Shown: positions 1 to 12,778 of the stretch, piece by piece
Numbering within the stretch: the first letter of the stretch is position 1
Layout of the letters: each line of letters opens with the position of its first letter
Origin: the human T2T-CHM13v2.0 reference genome, Homo sapiens
DNA length: 64,000 nucleotides
Assembly (NCBI RefSeq): GCF_009914755.1
Contig: NC_060936.1
Strand: one strand, 5' to 3'
Program-made: the position numbers and the translations under genes
The notes under the pieces: model-generated
The model's database searches: none
What the model was told of the DNA's origin: nothing
What the model saw: the letters and a program-made list of their open reading frames with translations, nothing else

Positions 1-829
1 GATTTCCAAGAACACAAAAATGTCAGAGTCTCGCATTCCAAACTCGTGTGTTCCTTAGTCCATTTGGCTGAGTTCTTTCCCTGGACTTCACCTGGATAAA
101 ATGCCGTGGTAATGCAGGGTCAAAGGCCCTAGCTGATCCACCAGGAAAGTTTTGGTCTTTCTTCCATTTAAAACAAAACAAACAAAACTCCACACAGTTA
201 AACCATTTCTGTCCATTCTCCTCTCTTTCCATAGTAAAGACGACACTAAGCTCTGGTGTAAGTCCAGAAGATGTTTTCAAAACAAAATGTATACCAACTC
301 CTTCAGAGCCTGATGCTAACAAAAAATAAAATAAACCTACCTCCTAGGTGAGAGGTTCAGGCCCCAGCTGCTTCCTGGGGGGTCTTACACTGTGGGAGGA
401 AGGGCAGAGGTCACAGGCCAGCGAGCTGTGCTTTGGGTAAACCTCAGGGACACCCTGCACCCCCATGCCTGGGGAACTCAGCCTGCAAACCTCCCACCCC
501 TGGTATTGTTCCTCTGAATGACCAATCCATCATTCCAGCAGAGGAGAAATGGTTTAGTTTTAGCTCAGCTTTGGGAAGACAAATTTAAATGAGGGAGGGG
601 CTGAGAAAGCATGGCCAGGCCTAATTTAGACCAGTGGTTCATGATTGTTTTCCCATCATGACACAGGACAGATGGTGTTCCCCTGCACGTCCACCACCAC
701 AGACACACCCTGGATTATGTGCTATTCCCAGGGTGCCAGCTGTGACCCATTTGTCTCTCTCAAAAAAGAAAGCATACCTGAATGCAAGCGTCTGAGCATG
801 AAAACCTGCATCGCCATAAGTTTTTGTTT

Positions 830-1110
830 GTTTGAGACCGAGTCTTGCTCTGTCACCCAGGCTGGAGTGAAGTAGTGTGATCTCAGCTCATTGCAACCTC
901 CAGGGTTCAAGCAATTCTCCTGCCTCCACCTCCCAAGTAGCTGGGATTACAGATGTGCACTACCACACCTGGCTAATTTTTGTATTTTTAGTAGAGACGG
1001 GGTTTCACCATGTTGGTCAGGCTGGTCTCGAACTCCAGACCTCAAATGATCCGCCCACCTCGGCCTTCCAAAGTGTTGGAATTACAGGCATAAGCCAATG
1101 TGCCTGGCCT
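830..1110 (-). mobile_element. Alu (S-like) inside the POU6F1 3' UTR
   Basis: Alu consensus in reverse orientation on plus. Confidence 0.92.
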
Positions 1111-1362
1111 AATTTACTGAAGTGTCAGTCACTGAATCCTTTACAAGCTCTGGAACTTAACTATTCTCACTGAAAACTTGTTTGCAACACCCCTCCCAAA
1201 TGAGTCTGTCATCTCATTGAGGCAGGTCGATAACCCTGAACTAGAGTGTGGAGACTCTCTGTTGGAGACACGCTCTCCTGAAAAGCCGGGTCAGGCAAGC
1301 TGCCCACCTGCTTCCTCACCTCTGCTACACTCTGGCAGGCATGGTTTGTCCAAATGCAGCAG

Positions 1363-1416
1363 AGCGTGTATGTGTGTGTGTGTGCGCGCGTCTGTGCGCG
1401 CTGCACGTGCGTGTGC
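1363..1416. repeat. (TG)n/(CG)n alternating purine-pyrimidine tract in the POU6F1 3' UTR
   Basis: gcgtgtatgtgtgtgtgtgtgcgcgcgtctgtgcgcgctgcacgtgcgtgtgc. Confidence 0.85.
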
Positions 1417-2077
1417 TAATTCAGCACACAACTGTCCTCCTCTTACTGGCCAGGCTACCAAGAGGGTGGCCACGCTGGCACTGCAGGGCCTGGGAGGCAC
1501 CAACAGTAAGTGGGAAAGGAAACAGGACACCAGAGGAAGCTAGGCTAGGAGGTGGCTCTGCACCAGTGACTGACAGAGGTGGTGATGTGTCCCCAGCTGA
1601 CGGTCCTTCCCTCAGGGTGGATCATGGGAGGTCCACTGGAGGCAGCTGTTAGAGACCAGCCTCTGTAAGGATAAGAGTACTGAAGACAGGGGTGGTTGAC
1701 CCCCGTGACTTGGGGCCCTTTAGGGATAATCTACACCGCAAGCCTGTGGTCATCTAGGCAAATCTCAGTTCTCTCCTGACTTCCTGGAGTTACATACTGA
1801 ATTTTAGGGGCTTTCCAGCCACAGTGAGGCTGGAAACTCACTTAACAGCTTGGATGAGAGCTAACCCCCAAGGTACCATAGCTACCCCGTCTAGAAGCAA
1901 AACTCAATCTGATCTGGGGGTGTCCTTGGCTCAGAGGACACTGTGGGGATTGCTTACACACAGACATGGTCTGAGACTCGACAAAATGAGATTTCTCCTC
2001 CCGTATCCAAGGCTTAAAGTTACAAAGAAAATTAGAGTTAAGTCAACTTCCACAAGAGACCTTCCTGGGCTCCATCA

Positions 2078-2128
2078 TTTATTTCAGGATGTTGTCCTTT
2101 CCCCCAGGGCCTTGCTGTCTGGTTTATT
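2078..2128 (-). terminator. Two proximal AATAAA poly(A) signals in the POU6F1 3' UTR
   Basis: tttatt at 2078-2083 and 2123-2128 on plus; downstream on minus is GU/U-rich (gtctcttgtgg...attttctttgt). Confidence 0.55.
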
Positions 2129-3128
2129 GTTTAATTTGCTCCTTTTGAGAAGGCCCCAGTATTGGGTTGGGAATGGGTGTGGGGACAAGAGAAAGAAAGA
2201 GAAAGTCAGCATTCCTTTCCTTATTTTTCTCCAGAGTTGCCCGTTTGCTTGCATATCCAGTCTGCAAGTTCTCTTAACCCACGTTTTTTTGTGGGAGGGA
2301 TGGCCATTGACAGAGATTAAATTAAAATATGAAAGAACAGCCTTATTTTCTAAATTCCCAACCTTCTGCAGACCCAGGAGAACTCCAGAACAGGTAGAGT
2401 TCACTGTTGCTTCCTTCCAACATGGATTAAGAAAAGGTTCTGTTTTAGTGCAATTTTCCCCGCAAAGGAACCAGGAAGAGGTGGAAGAGGAGATCCCATG
2501 TTCCAGCCCCAGGGGTTTGGGAACCTTCTGACCTTGAGGTCAAGGCAGACATGGAGTCTGACCTTCTGAGCAGCACATCACACTTTTTTGAATTTTATCT
2601 CCCAGGTCCTTTCGGTGCACCTGCAGGCAAAGTGTGGGGGGCGGAAGGGCAGTGTGAGGCTGTGTTTCCACTGGATGAGTTGTCATACCTGCCACACTAA
2701 CACAGAGGAGCAAAGGAGAAGACAAGGTGGAAAGAGAATGCCATCAAAAGCAAGAGCTAATGGCCAGTGGTCCTTAGGAGCTGCTTTAGCCCTGCCCCAA
2801 AGACAGGGAGTTTCTGGTTCCCCACCAGAATTCACCCTTCAGAAACCATGCTAGCAAGGTGCTTCTCTAAGTGACGTCACAAATCCTCTTCTTCGGAGTG
2901 ACCAGCCCAGAGCCTGGAGCTCTCGTGTGGCCCCCTCTGGCCTCCCCATGATGTGAGATGTGTGGGAGAAAAGAGGGACATTGATGCACATGCACACGGT
3001 GGAGTCTGATGACCTGGGGTGAGCACAGCTGCACGTGGCAAAATGACAGGTGCTGTCATGGCAGTGGCTGCAGCCGGATGCCACGGGAAATGGACAAAGT
3101 GCTAGAACACAGGGCCAGGGGCTGAGCC

Positions 3129-3474
3129 CTAAGGGATCTGAAAGACGTTCAGCTTGCTGGTGTTCTTGAGCGTCTGGCGCCGATTGCAGAACCAGACCCG
3201 CACTACCTCACGGTCGTAGTTGAGCTCCTTAGCAATTTCAGTGATCTCCTGGCCTGTGGGCAGTGGGTTCTTCTCAAAATAGGCATTGAGAGCCTCTATG
3301 GCCTGGGGGGTGAAGGAGGTGCGGCGTTTGCGTTTCTTGGAGGGCTCGCCTCCCACAAACTCCATCAGGTTCTGCTGGCCTTCCTGGTTCCGCAGTTCAG
3401 CTTCGTTTAGCCACTTTTCCAGCACCGGCTTTAGCTTCTGGGCACTCTTGGGTGTGATGTCTAGCTTCTCGAAC
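3129..3474 (-). CDS. POU6F1: POU6F1 last coding exon: end of POU-specific domain, linker and homeodomain, TAG stop
   Basis: Translates (R)FEKLDITPKSAQKLKPVLEKWL...KRKRRTSFTPQAIEALNAYFEKNPLPTGQEITEIAKELNYDREVVRVWFCNRRQTLKNTSKLNVFQIP*; acceptor ccacag|G. Confidence 0.98.
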
Positions 3475-4476
3475 CTGTGGGCAACCCATACCCAGGAAGA
3501 GGCAGTGAGAGCATGTTGGTCTCTTTGGCACACCCCGCACCTAGGTGCAGGCTCCATCCTCAAGGGGCCGCTCCTCTAGGGGCTGGTGAGACTGTACCCA
3601 GTGCTCCCCTCACCACCTCCACCAAGACCCCTCTAGTTTGGCCAAGCCCAGACTCCTCAGACCCTCTGATGTGCCCGGTCCTAACAGGGAAACCATTCCC
3701 ACGGCCTCGGCTCAGTCAGTAGTGGAATAATAATAGTGCAACTGCCTTACAAACAACCATTCTAGAACGTTCCCCTAAATGAATGAAGTCCTTTGAGGAG
3801 TCACCTTGGGAGGCCTCCAGTCACACTCCCATAGCAGCATCACTAACAAGTCAGGCTGCTCTTTCTGGCTGAGCTGGATGTGGTGACAGGATTCTCCACA
3901 GGATGCTGGAGGCACTCTAAAGGTCACTCTAGCCTGACCTATGGAGCTGGCAGGCAGATGAAACCTTTTGGCCATCCCTGAGCCATGCGCTTATTCTTGT
4001 TTGAAACTCTATCCCTCCTGGCACCAAAACTAGTTTGTAGGCTGCTTACAGAAAACTCAGCTATGTTACTTTACAGTCATTCCTTGTTAGAGGGGAGATG
4101 GGAGCATGATGAGGTATGGTGGGTTACAGTTAAGGGCCAACATAGAATGGAAATTCCCACTTTGGTGACTAATTTTATAAGCTGTACTCCTTTCCTGCTA
4201 GAATTCCTCAGTGGATTAGGGTCTTGGGTTCCCCAAAGAAGACCCATATTAATGCCCAGGATTGGAGGATAATCTTCAGAGGACCTCACAAGGACAGGGT
4301 CAGCCTTTGACTGCCCCAGGTGTTCATATCTACCCTTAAGATGGTCTTCCTTATCTGGAAAAAGGCTGGAGCAAGGGGGCATATGGAAAAGGGGCCGGTG
4401 CTCAGGTTCCCATGAGTGCCCGGTGGCACCAGGCAGCTGAGCAGGCCCTAATCCTGTCTAGGGCAGCCTTACTCAC

Positions 4477-4645
4477 CGGCAGATGGCTGACTGGCTGTAG
4501 GCTGGACCTTCCGTTGCAGTCAGAGCCTGACCCACCTGGGTCTGTGTAAGGCCCAGCGAGAGCCGCCGGATCTTAAAGTTCTTGGCAAACTCCCGGATCT
4601 CTTCTAAGTTGATCCCATCCTCATCCAGACTTGGAGTATGTGGCT
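4477..4645 (-). CDS. POU6F1: POU6F1 coding exon, POU-specific domain N-terminal part
   Basis: (K)PHTPSLDEDGINLEEIREFAKNFKIRRLSLGLTQTQVGQALTATEGPAYSQSAIC(R); acceptor cctag|AG, donor CG|gtgagt. Confidence 0.97.
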
Positions 4646-5210
4646 CTAGGCCAGAGGGAGGGAGCAGGGATGAGTGTGTAACATGGGAACCATCCCTGCT
4701 TATCTGGCTCATTGGTCTGAACTGACGCAGTAGTGAGAGGTGAGGACACCTGGGAAAAGGCTCACGCACCTTCAAGACTCTTATCACCTTTGTCCCCAAG
4801 ACAAGCAAGAGTTGAAGGGGCCTAAACTAACCTCTCCAGGGGTAAGGAGCTATTTTCAAGTTCTTCCAGCTCTAACTGCTCACCCTCCCCCATTCTCCCT
4901 AGGCCTGGCCCCAAACACACTTGTTGGTCACCCACATTCCTCAAATACTGGGTGAGAGACCATAGCGGAGACAGCCCATGGCTCGGCCTCTCCAAAAAGC
5001 AGCCAGCCAGCCAGCTTGACAGCCTCCACTGTCATCGTGCCCAAACTCCACCTCAACAGGAATGGGAATAAAAAAGCCAGCCCCTCATATTGGGCCTCTG
5101 CCCTTCCCCTCTGGACCCCAGGATATCAAGGAAAGCAGCATCTGAAGAGATTGGGTGCCCACATAAATGCCTCCCCACTTCTCCACACTACTTCTCCAGG
5201 AGCCACTTAC

Positions 5211-5352
5211 TGGACACCAACTGGCTGACGGTGGGGGTCTCTGAGCAGGTAATTGGGATAGGAGCAGAGGCAGATGGCTTGGCGGCTGGAGCTGGGCTGG
5301 CAATGACCACAGCAGGCTGGGGCACGGTTGGTGTGGGCTGGATGGGCTGCAC
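5211..5352 (-). CDS. POU6F1: POU6F1 coding exon (Pro/Ala-rich)
   Basis: VQPIQPTPTVPQPAVVIASPAPAAKPSASAPIPITCSETPTVSQLVS; tttcacag|GTG ... A|gtaagt; phases fit neighbouring exons. Confidence 0.95.
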
Positions 5353-5502
5353 CTGTGAAAGGACAGACAACAAGCCTTTGCTGCCCTCTGCCAGGCTCAG
5401 GGAGTTAAAATCCCTGGGTGGACCAGAGGCAGGGCAAAAACAGACATGAAATCCTCACGCATGCAGGACATTCCCGCCTGGGCTCTATCATAAAACAAGA
5501 CT

Positions 5503-7539
<2,037 letters not shown>

Positions 7540-7779
7540 GCTCATCTGGTCAGCCATTTCCTTGCTAACGCCCTTCAGCATCAGCAGTTCCCTACTACCT
7601 TACCTGATAATGGTAATAACAAGAACTACTGCTTGTTTTTCAAGTGCTTTCTGTGCGCCAGTGTTCATTGCCTATGTATAATATATCCTTTAGCATTCAT
7701 AACCTTCTGAAGTTGGTACCCTTATGATCCCTGTTCACAGATAAAGCTAAGAGGTTATTTACAAAACTTGGAAGTGCAT

Positions 7780-7950
7780 GCTGCATTTGCGAACCACTGG
7801 CCATATTGTGACCTGGGAACTTAGGAATGCAAACTCTTGGACCCCACTTCAGATCTACTGAATAAGAAACTCTGAGGTGGGACCCAGGAATCTTCATTCC
7901 AGCAAGGCCTCCAGGGGATTCTGATGCACAGGCTTGAGAACTGCTGCTCT
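7780..7950. mobile_element. MER5A-like hAT-Charlie DNA transposon relic
   Basis: atgcaaactcttggaccccac...agatctactgaataagaaactctgaggtggg resembles the MER5A core (from memory). Confidence 0.6.
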
Positions 7951-8010
7951 AGCATGTGATACTTGTTGCAGTTCCCTGAAGGTAGAACACTCTCACATCC
8001 AACTCATCCC

Positions 8011-8178
8011 TTTTTATTTTTAGAGATGGGGTCTTGCTATGTCGTCCAGGCTGGAGTGCAGTGGCTATTCACAGCCATGATCATTGTACACTGCAGCCTT
8101 GAACTCTTGGCCTCAAGCGATCCTCCGCCTTAGCCTCCTGAGTAGCTGGGACTACAGGTGAGCACCACTACACCTGGC
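8011..8178 (-). mobile_element. Fossil Alu monomer (FAM-like, 7SL-derived)
   Basis: Single monomer with the 7SL-type gtggctattcacag segment. Confidence 0.65.
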
Positions 8179-8849
8179 TTTATCCCTTTATGATAGTCCA
8201 ATGTCCCTTATCTATGAAGTCTTGCCTAACCCCCAAGTTTGTCAAGAGCTCTTTTCTCTAGGGCCCCAAACCACCTTATTTGTGTGTCCCTGTGATAGTT
8301 TTGTCCCACTGACTTGTAATGGTCTCCAATGCCAAGCTACCTAAGGCTAAGAAGGCATCTTATTCATCTTTGTGTCTTCAGCACTTGGAATATAGTAGGC
8401 ACTAAATAAATACTCCTAGAATGAGCAATGAGTAAATCAAAGCCACGGTGCAGAGTGGAGGGGTGGAGGGATGGAGGGGTAGAGGAATGGGGTACAGAAC
8501 TGACTTCCCAGGGCTTTTCAGGAAGTTTGTTCACCCTAAAGCTGATTCTGGCCCAGTCTACTTTGACCATCACCTACCTCCCTGACCTTCTTAGAACAGC
8601 ACTGGCATCTGAGGGCACCTATACATATTTTGGGTGCGTGTGAGTAGGGGGTCTCGTGGTGCTGTTTCCCTGGGCAGAACCTGTGTGGACACATGTGGGC
8701 CTTCTACTCTGGGACCTCCCCCACTTTAGGAAGCGCCCTGCACTCCCAGGAGTTTCAGAAGATGCTGTCCTGCCTGGCAGTCTGGAGGGAAGCAGCCGGT
8801 GCCAGATAGCAGAGCCTGCCCCACCCCCCACCCCCCCCAGCCCCTGTAC

Positions 8850-9053
8850 CTCACTCTTAGCAGGGGACTCAGGTGTGCTTGGCTTCCGGACAGCCACAGG
8901 TGGAGGCAGGGGGCTGCTAGCCAGGGTCGCAATCACCTGGCCCTGGGCGTTCAACAACAGCTGGGGGGTCACGGCCTGGACCTGCAGGCTTTGGGCTGGT
9001 GCTGGGGCCGCCACACTAGCTGAGTTCACTACCCATGGAAGGGTTCCAATAAC
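8850..9053 (-). CDS. POU6F1: POU6F1 coding exon
   Basis: VIGTLPWVVNSASVAAPAPAQSLQVQAVTPQLLLNAQGQVIATLASSPLPPPVAVRKPSTPESPAKSE; cccag|GTT ... GAG|gtacag; 204 nt. Confidence 0.95.
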
Positions 9054-9678
9054 CTGGGAGGAAATAAGGCAGGGACCCCAGGTGTGAGGGTAGCATCCAG
9101 CTCCACCCCAAACCCAGATCCCCACACCACCAGGGGAACAGACTAATGGACAAATCCCTCAACCTGCTCTGGCCTCAGCTTCTGCATGAGTAAAATGCAG
9201 GATTCACACTCTAAGGGCTACTTCCTTTATTCCATCCTCAGAGCTATGGTGGAGCAGGAATAGGTCTGGATGTGGATTCAGAGACCTGCCTTGTTCTGCC
9301 ACATTTTAGCTGTGTAGCTTTCATTGCTCTGAACCTCAGCCTTCTGTCTTGTAAGATGGGAATAAAAATCTCCATCTAATAGATTTGTACTCCAAAGAAA
9401 GTGAGATGATGTATGAGAAAGCACCTAGCATAAAGCCTGACCACAGCATGGGTGCTCCATAAATGAAAACTCCCACGTAATGTGAGCACCTCCAGGACAG
9501 GGTGGTGGCTACACCCCTGCCCAGCTTCAGCATCGGCAGAAAGCCGCCGCAGAGGAGATAGGAACAACAGCTTGACGTCTGTTCGAGTTTCTATGACCCA
9601 CAGCCCAAGACCTGGCCGCCATCCCCTGGCCAGCCTCTCCACAGTCCCCACCCTCCAGCCCTGTCTTTGGCCACTTGC

Positions 9679-9807
9679 CTGTCCCTGAGCATTGGTGAGG
9701 ATCTGACTGCTGATCCCTGGCATGCTGGGAATGGCGCTGGTAATGACTGGAGCTGTAGTGAGGGACCCCAGGATCTGGGTCTGTCCCCCGAGGGAAGCAG
9801 CACTGAT
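9679..9807 (-). CDS. POU6F1: POU6F1 coding exon containing the internal Met (ATG 9723-9721) that starts the 301-aa form; GC donor
   Basis: ISAASLGGQTQILGSLTTAPVITSAIPSMPGISSQILTNAQGQ; acceptor cccacag|ATC; donor CAG|gcaagt; 129 nt. Confidence 0.92.
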
Positions 9808-9923
9808 CTGTGGGTGGAGGAAGAGCCTTGCTCAGAAGCCAAGGGGTGAGAAGAACCCCGGGCAGAGGGAAGAGGACAGAGGGCATTGGGGTGGGTAGAT
9901 GTGAATGTGGGCTTCAGGCCCAT

Positions 9924-10211
9924 GTCTACCGGCTGGATGGTTTCCAGGGCTAGGGGTCTACCGGCTGGATGGTTTCCAGGGCTAGGGGTCTACCGGCTGG
10001 ATGGTTTCCAGGGCTAGGGGTCTACCGGCTGGATGGTTTCCAGGGCTAGGGGTCTACCGGCTGGATGGTTTCCAGGGCTAGGGGTCTACCGGCTGGATGG
10101 TTTCCAGGGCTAGGGGTCTACCGGCTGGATGGTTTCCAGGGCTAGGGGTCTACCGGCTGGATGGTTTCCAGGGCTAGGGGTCTACCGGCTGGATGGTTTC
10201 CAGGGCTAGGG
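9924..10211. repeat. Minisatellite (VNTR): 9 identical copies of a 32-bp unit GTCTACCGGCTGGATGGTTTCCAGGGCTAGGG
   Basis: Units start at 9924, 9956, 9988, 10020, 10052, 10084, 10116, 10148, 10180; no mismatches, no spacers. Confidence 0.97.
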
Positions 10212-10713
10212 GCTGCAGGGGTCAGCAGGGAAGGGCAGGGCCACAGTCATGGAAAAGTAACTCGGGTTAATCTTTCAGGCCAGGCCTGGGAGGGTAGAAG
10301 GGCCACACTGGAGAGGCTGATGTGATCCTAGTCATATCTAACGCCTCCCACTGCCAAGCCAGGAGCTACACTGGACAGACACCAGCATAGAGCTGTAAGC
10401 TCTGACTGCACCGTAGGGACAGCTCACAAGTTTTCAACCCCCAGACGTCATCCCACCCTCCAAGCCTGGTCCAGTGGTTCAGGTTCTGGAGAATGTGCCC
10501 AGCCCTCTTGGCAGAGGTTGTCTGCTTTTATCTGGGATGGACGGGCTGGCAGCTGCAAGGAGAAGGCCTCAGAGGGAGCCCATCTCTGCTGATGTGTTGG
10601 AAAAGGGCTGTTTTCGGGGGGGGCTCGTCCTCCACTGTGGGAAGGGTCAGTTCCACCCTTGGCCCATGATTCCGTCCATCCCTGGTCAGCCCTGGGTGAG
10701 GGCAGCAGCTTAC

Positions 10714-10967
10714 GATTCCTGGGCTAAATGCGAAGCCTGCAGGCTGGACGGTGATCTGTGGGGGGGTGTCCACTGGCTTGGGGGTAGGGGCAGCAGCGGT
10801 GGCAGCAGTGGGCTGCGGGAGGATGGCAGGTGTGGTCTGCAGCAGCGGCTGGGTCTGGAACAGCGTCTGGGGCTGGGCTGGTGGCCGGGGTTGGGCCGTC
10901 GAGGAGGCCTGTACTGGTGCGGCAGCTTGTACCGGTGCCGGAAGAGCGGTGTTCAGCACAGCAGCTG
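10714..10967 (-). CDS. POU6F1: POU6F1 coding exon (long isoform, Pro/Gln/Ala-rich)
   Basis: (A)AAVLNTALPAPVQAAAPVQASSTAQPRPPAQPQTLFQTQ...QITVQPAGFAFSPGI; ccatag|CA ... ATC|gtaagc. Confidence 0.9.
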
Positions 10968-11493
10968 CTATGGAGCAAGGCAGAGACAGAGGTGCTCAAA
11001 TGCCTAGCCACTGCTCACAGCGGCTCCAATCCCAAGGGATCTGGCACAAGAAGGAGAGGGGGTTGGGGCAGTGGGCTCAGTGGGGCAGGCAGCCACGATT
11101 CCCTTGATCCTTGAAGGGCTGGCGCACGCCAGCATCTCTTATCCCCCCTCCCTGGGGCCAGGAGATGTGTAGGTTCAAGAACCAGACGTTGAATCTTCTT
11201 GTAGTCCTTCCCAGGAGGCCGGTCATGGGGTGAGTTCTGGCGTGGGGGGAGAGGGGCAGTCTCAGACAGCTGGCCGAAGTACGGCAGGCCTGCGGGGCCA
11301 GCGTGGCGTCACGGCCTACAGTCCCGAGGTGGTGCAGCAGCTCTGCGGCCGGATGCCCAAGACACCGGATCCAGACTCCAGGGCGGTTGCCCTGGGTGGG
11401 CCGTGGGTTCTGAGTCCGACATGGCAAGCACACGTGCGGGGGTGTAGTAGAGGGTGGGGGGCCTGGTGCAGTCCTGGGAAGAGTTGCCGTTAC

Positions 11494-11719
11494 CTTGGAG
11501 ACCGGCTAAAGGTGGCTTGAACACTCCCCCCGTAGGAGAAGCAGCGGTCAGTCCTGGGAGGGCAGCCACAGTTGCTGTAGGAATTGTCCACACGGCCAGC
11601 CCCTGCTGACCAGCCACTTGACCTGCAATACTGATGGGGATAAGAAGAGGTTGAGTAACTGCCCCTGCTGGAACCATAACTCCTGTCAGAACTGTGGCTA
11701 AGTTTTCCTGAGTCAAGAC
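11494..11719 (-). CDS. POU6F1: POU6F1 coding exon (long isoform)
   Basis: VLTQENLATVLTGVMVPAGAVTQPLLIPISIAGQVAGQQGLAVWTIPTATVAALPGLTAASPTGGVFKPPLAGLQ; ttttgcag|GTC ... CAAG|gtaac. Confidence 0.9.
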
Positions 11720-12073
11720 CTGCAAAAGCAAACAAGATTTCAAAAAGAAAAGAAAAAATAAAAAATCAACATTGACAGCGCAAACACTGGGTCTCTGAGA
11801 CCCAGCTGAGCACAAACAAAGCATTCTGAGGGCGATGGGCCGAAGGCCACATGAGGATGGGGAAGAGCCAAACCCTAGCTGGAGGCCCAAACCTGAGGGG
11901 GTGCCTGGACCGACTATCCTGCCTTCAGAGAAGTCGCCTAAATCCAGGGCAAGGCGGCCCTGCTCACAGGATGGGAAGGGGGCACAGGCCTCCCCCACCA
12001 CAGCCTGCTGCCTGCCAGGCCTTCCGCGAGCCCTTGCTGACAGGCCCCGTGCTTAGTGGCCAGGGAACAGGGA

Positions 12074-12149
12074 GCAGAGGCTGATGGAACCAAGTGGTCA
12101 AGGCCCCGCAGAGGCTAATGGAACCAAGTGGTCAAGGCCCCACAGAGGC
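12074..12149. repeat. 34-bp tandem duplication (2.2 copies)
   Basis: gcagaggctgatggaaccaagtggtcaaggcccc at 12074 and a copy with one mismatch at 12108. Confidence 0.9.
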
Positions 12150-12656
12150 CTCCGAGAAGTTTCTGAAGGACCATACCCTTGGCTGGATGCCTTGGAGTCA
12201 GGGAATGTAGCGAAAGGGACAGGGAGCTCTGCCTGCCTGCAGGATCCTGAAGGCAGCCTCTCATGGTGCTGGGGCCACTCCCTGGCTCTAAATGAGGACT
12301 CTGAACAATCCATTAACTCTTACAGGCATCCACTGGAGGGCCGGCAAGGGTATTCATTCATTTAGTCATTTGATAAACAGAAACTCTGGCTGCGTGAAAG
12401 AGTTAATGTTATTTCTGCAATCCTGGCAGGCCCAAGGAGATGATTCTGCAAATGTAGATCCCCTTTTCCAAATGGGCCTGATCTAGGCAGGGGTGAGGCT
12501 GGATGTGCCTAGTGGGAGAGTCCCTCCCTCAAGCCATAGCCCCTTCCCTGTCCTGCCCCCATGAAGTTCCCAGATTCCATGGCTTCCCCATGCTGGCTGT
12601 CCCATGCCTCGCTCCTGCCCCCGGCCTTCTGTCCAGCTCCCGAGGGCAGCCCTTAC

Positions 12657-12778
12657 CTGGGGGGCAGCTTGTACAGCCAGTGGCGTCAGGGTCTGCGATG
12701 CCTGAGGCTGGCTTGGGGCTTGGCTGAAGGTGGCAATGGCAGGGGCAGGGCTCGGAGGGATCCCCGGGGGTGACTTCA
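12657..12778 (-). CDS. POU6F1: POU6F1 coding exon (long isoform)
   Basis: (V)KSPPGIPPSPAPAIATFSQAPSQPQASQTLTPLAVQAAPQ; gtgaag|TG chosen by phase; donor CAG|gtaagg. Confidence 0.87.

Noticed and set aside
1824-2531. 235-aa plus-strand ORF
   Set aside because: GTG start, antisense to the POU6F1 3' UTR, no recognisable domain or splice support
2871-2880. Perfect CRE palindrome GTGACGTCAC
   Set aside because: Isolated motif in the 3' UTR with no promoter-like context; plausible by chance
9924-10211. CRISPR-like array (32-bp repeat with internal palindrome)
   Set aside because: Units are directly head-to-tail with no unique spacers, there are no cas genes, and the context is a human intron; it is a minisatellite
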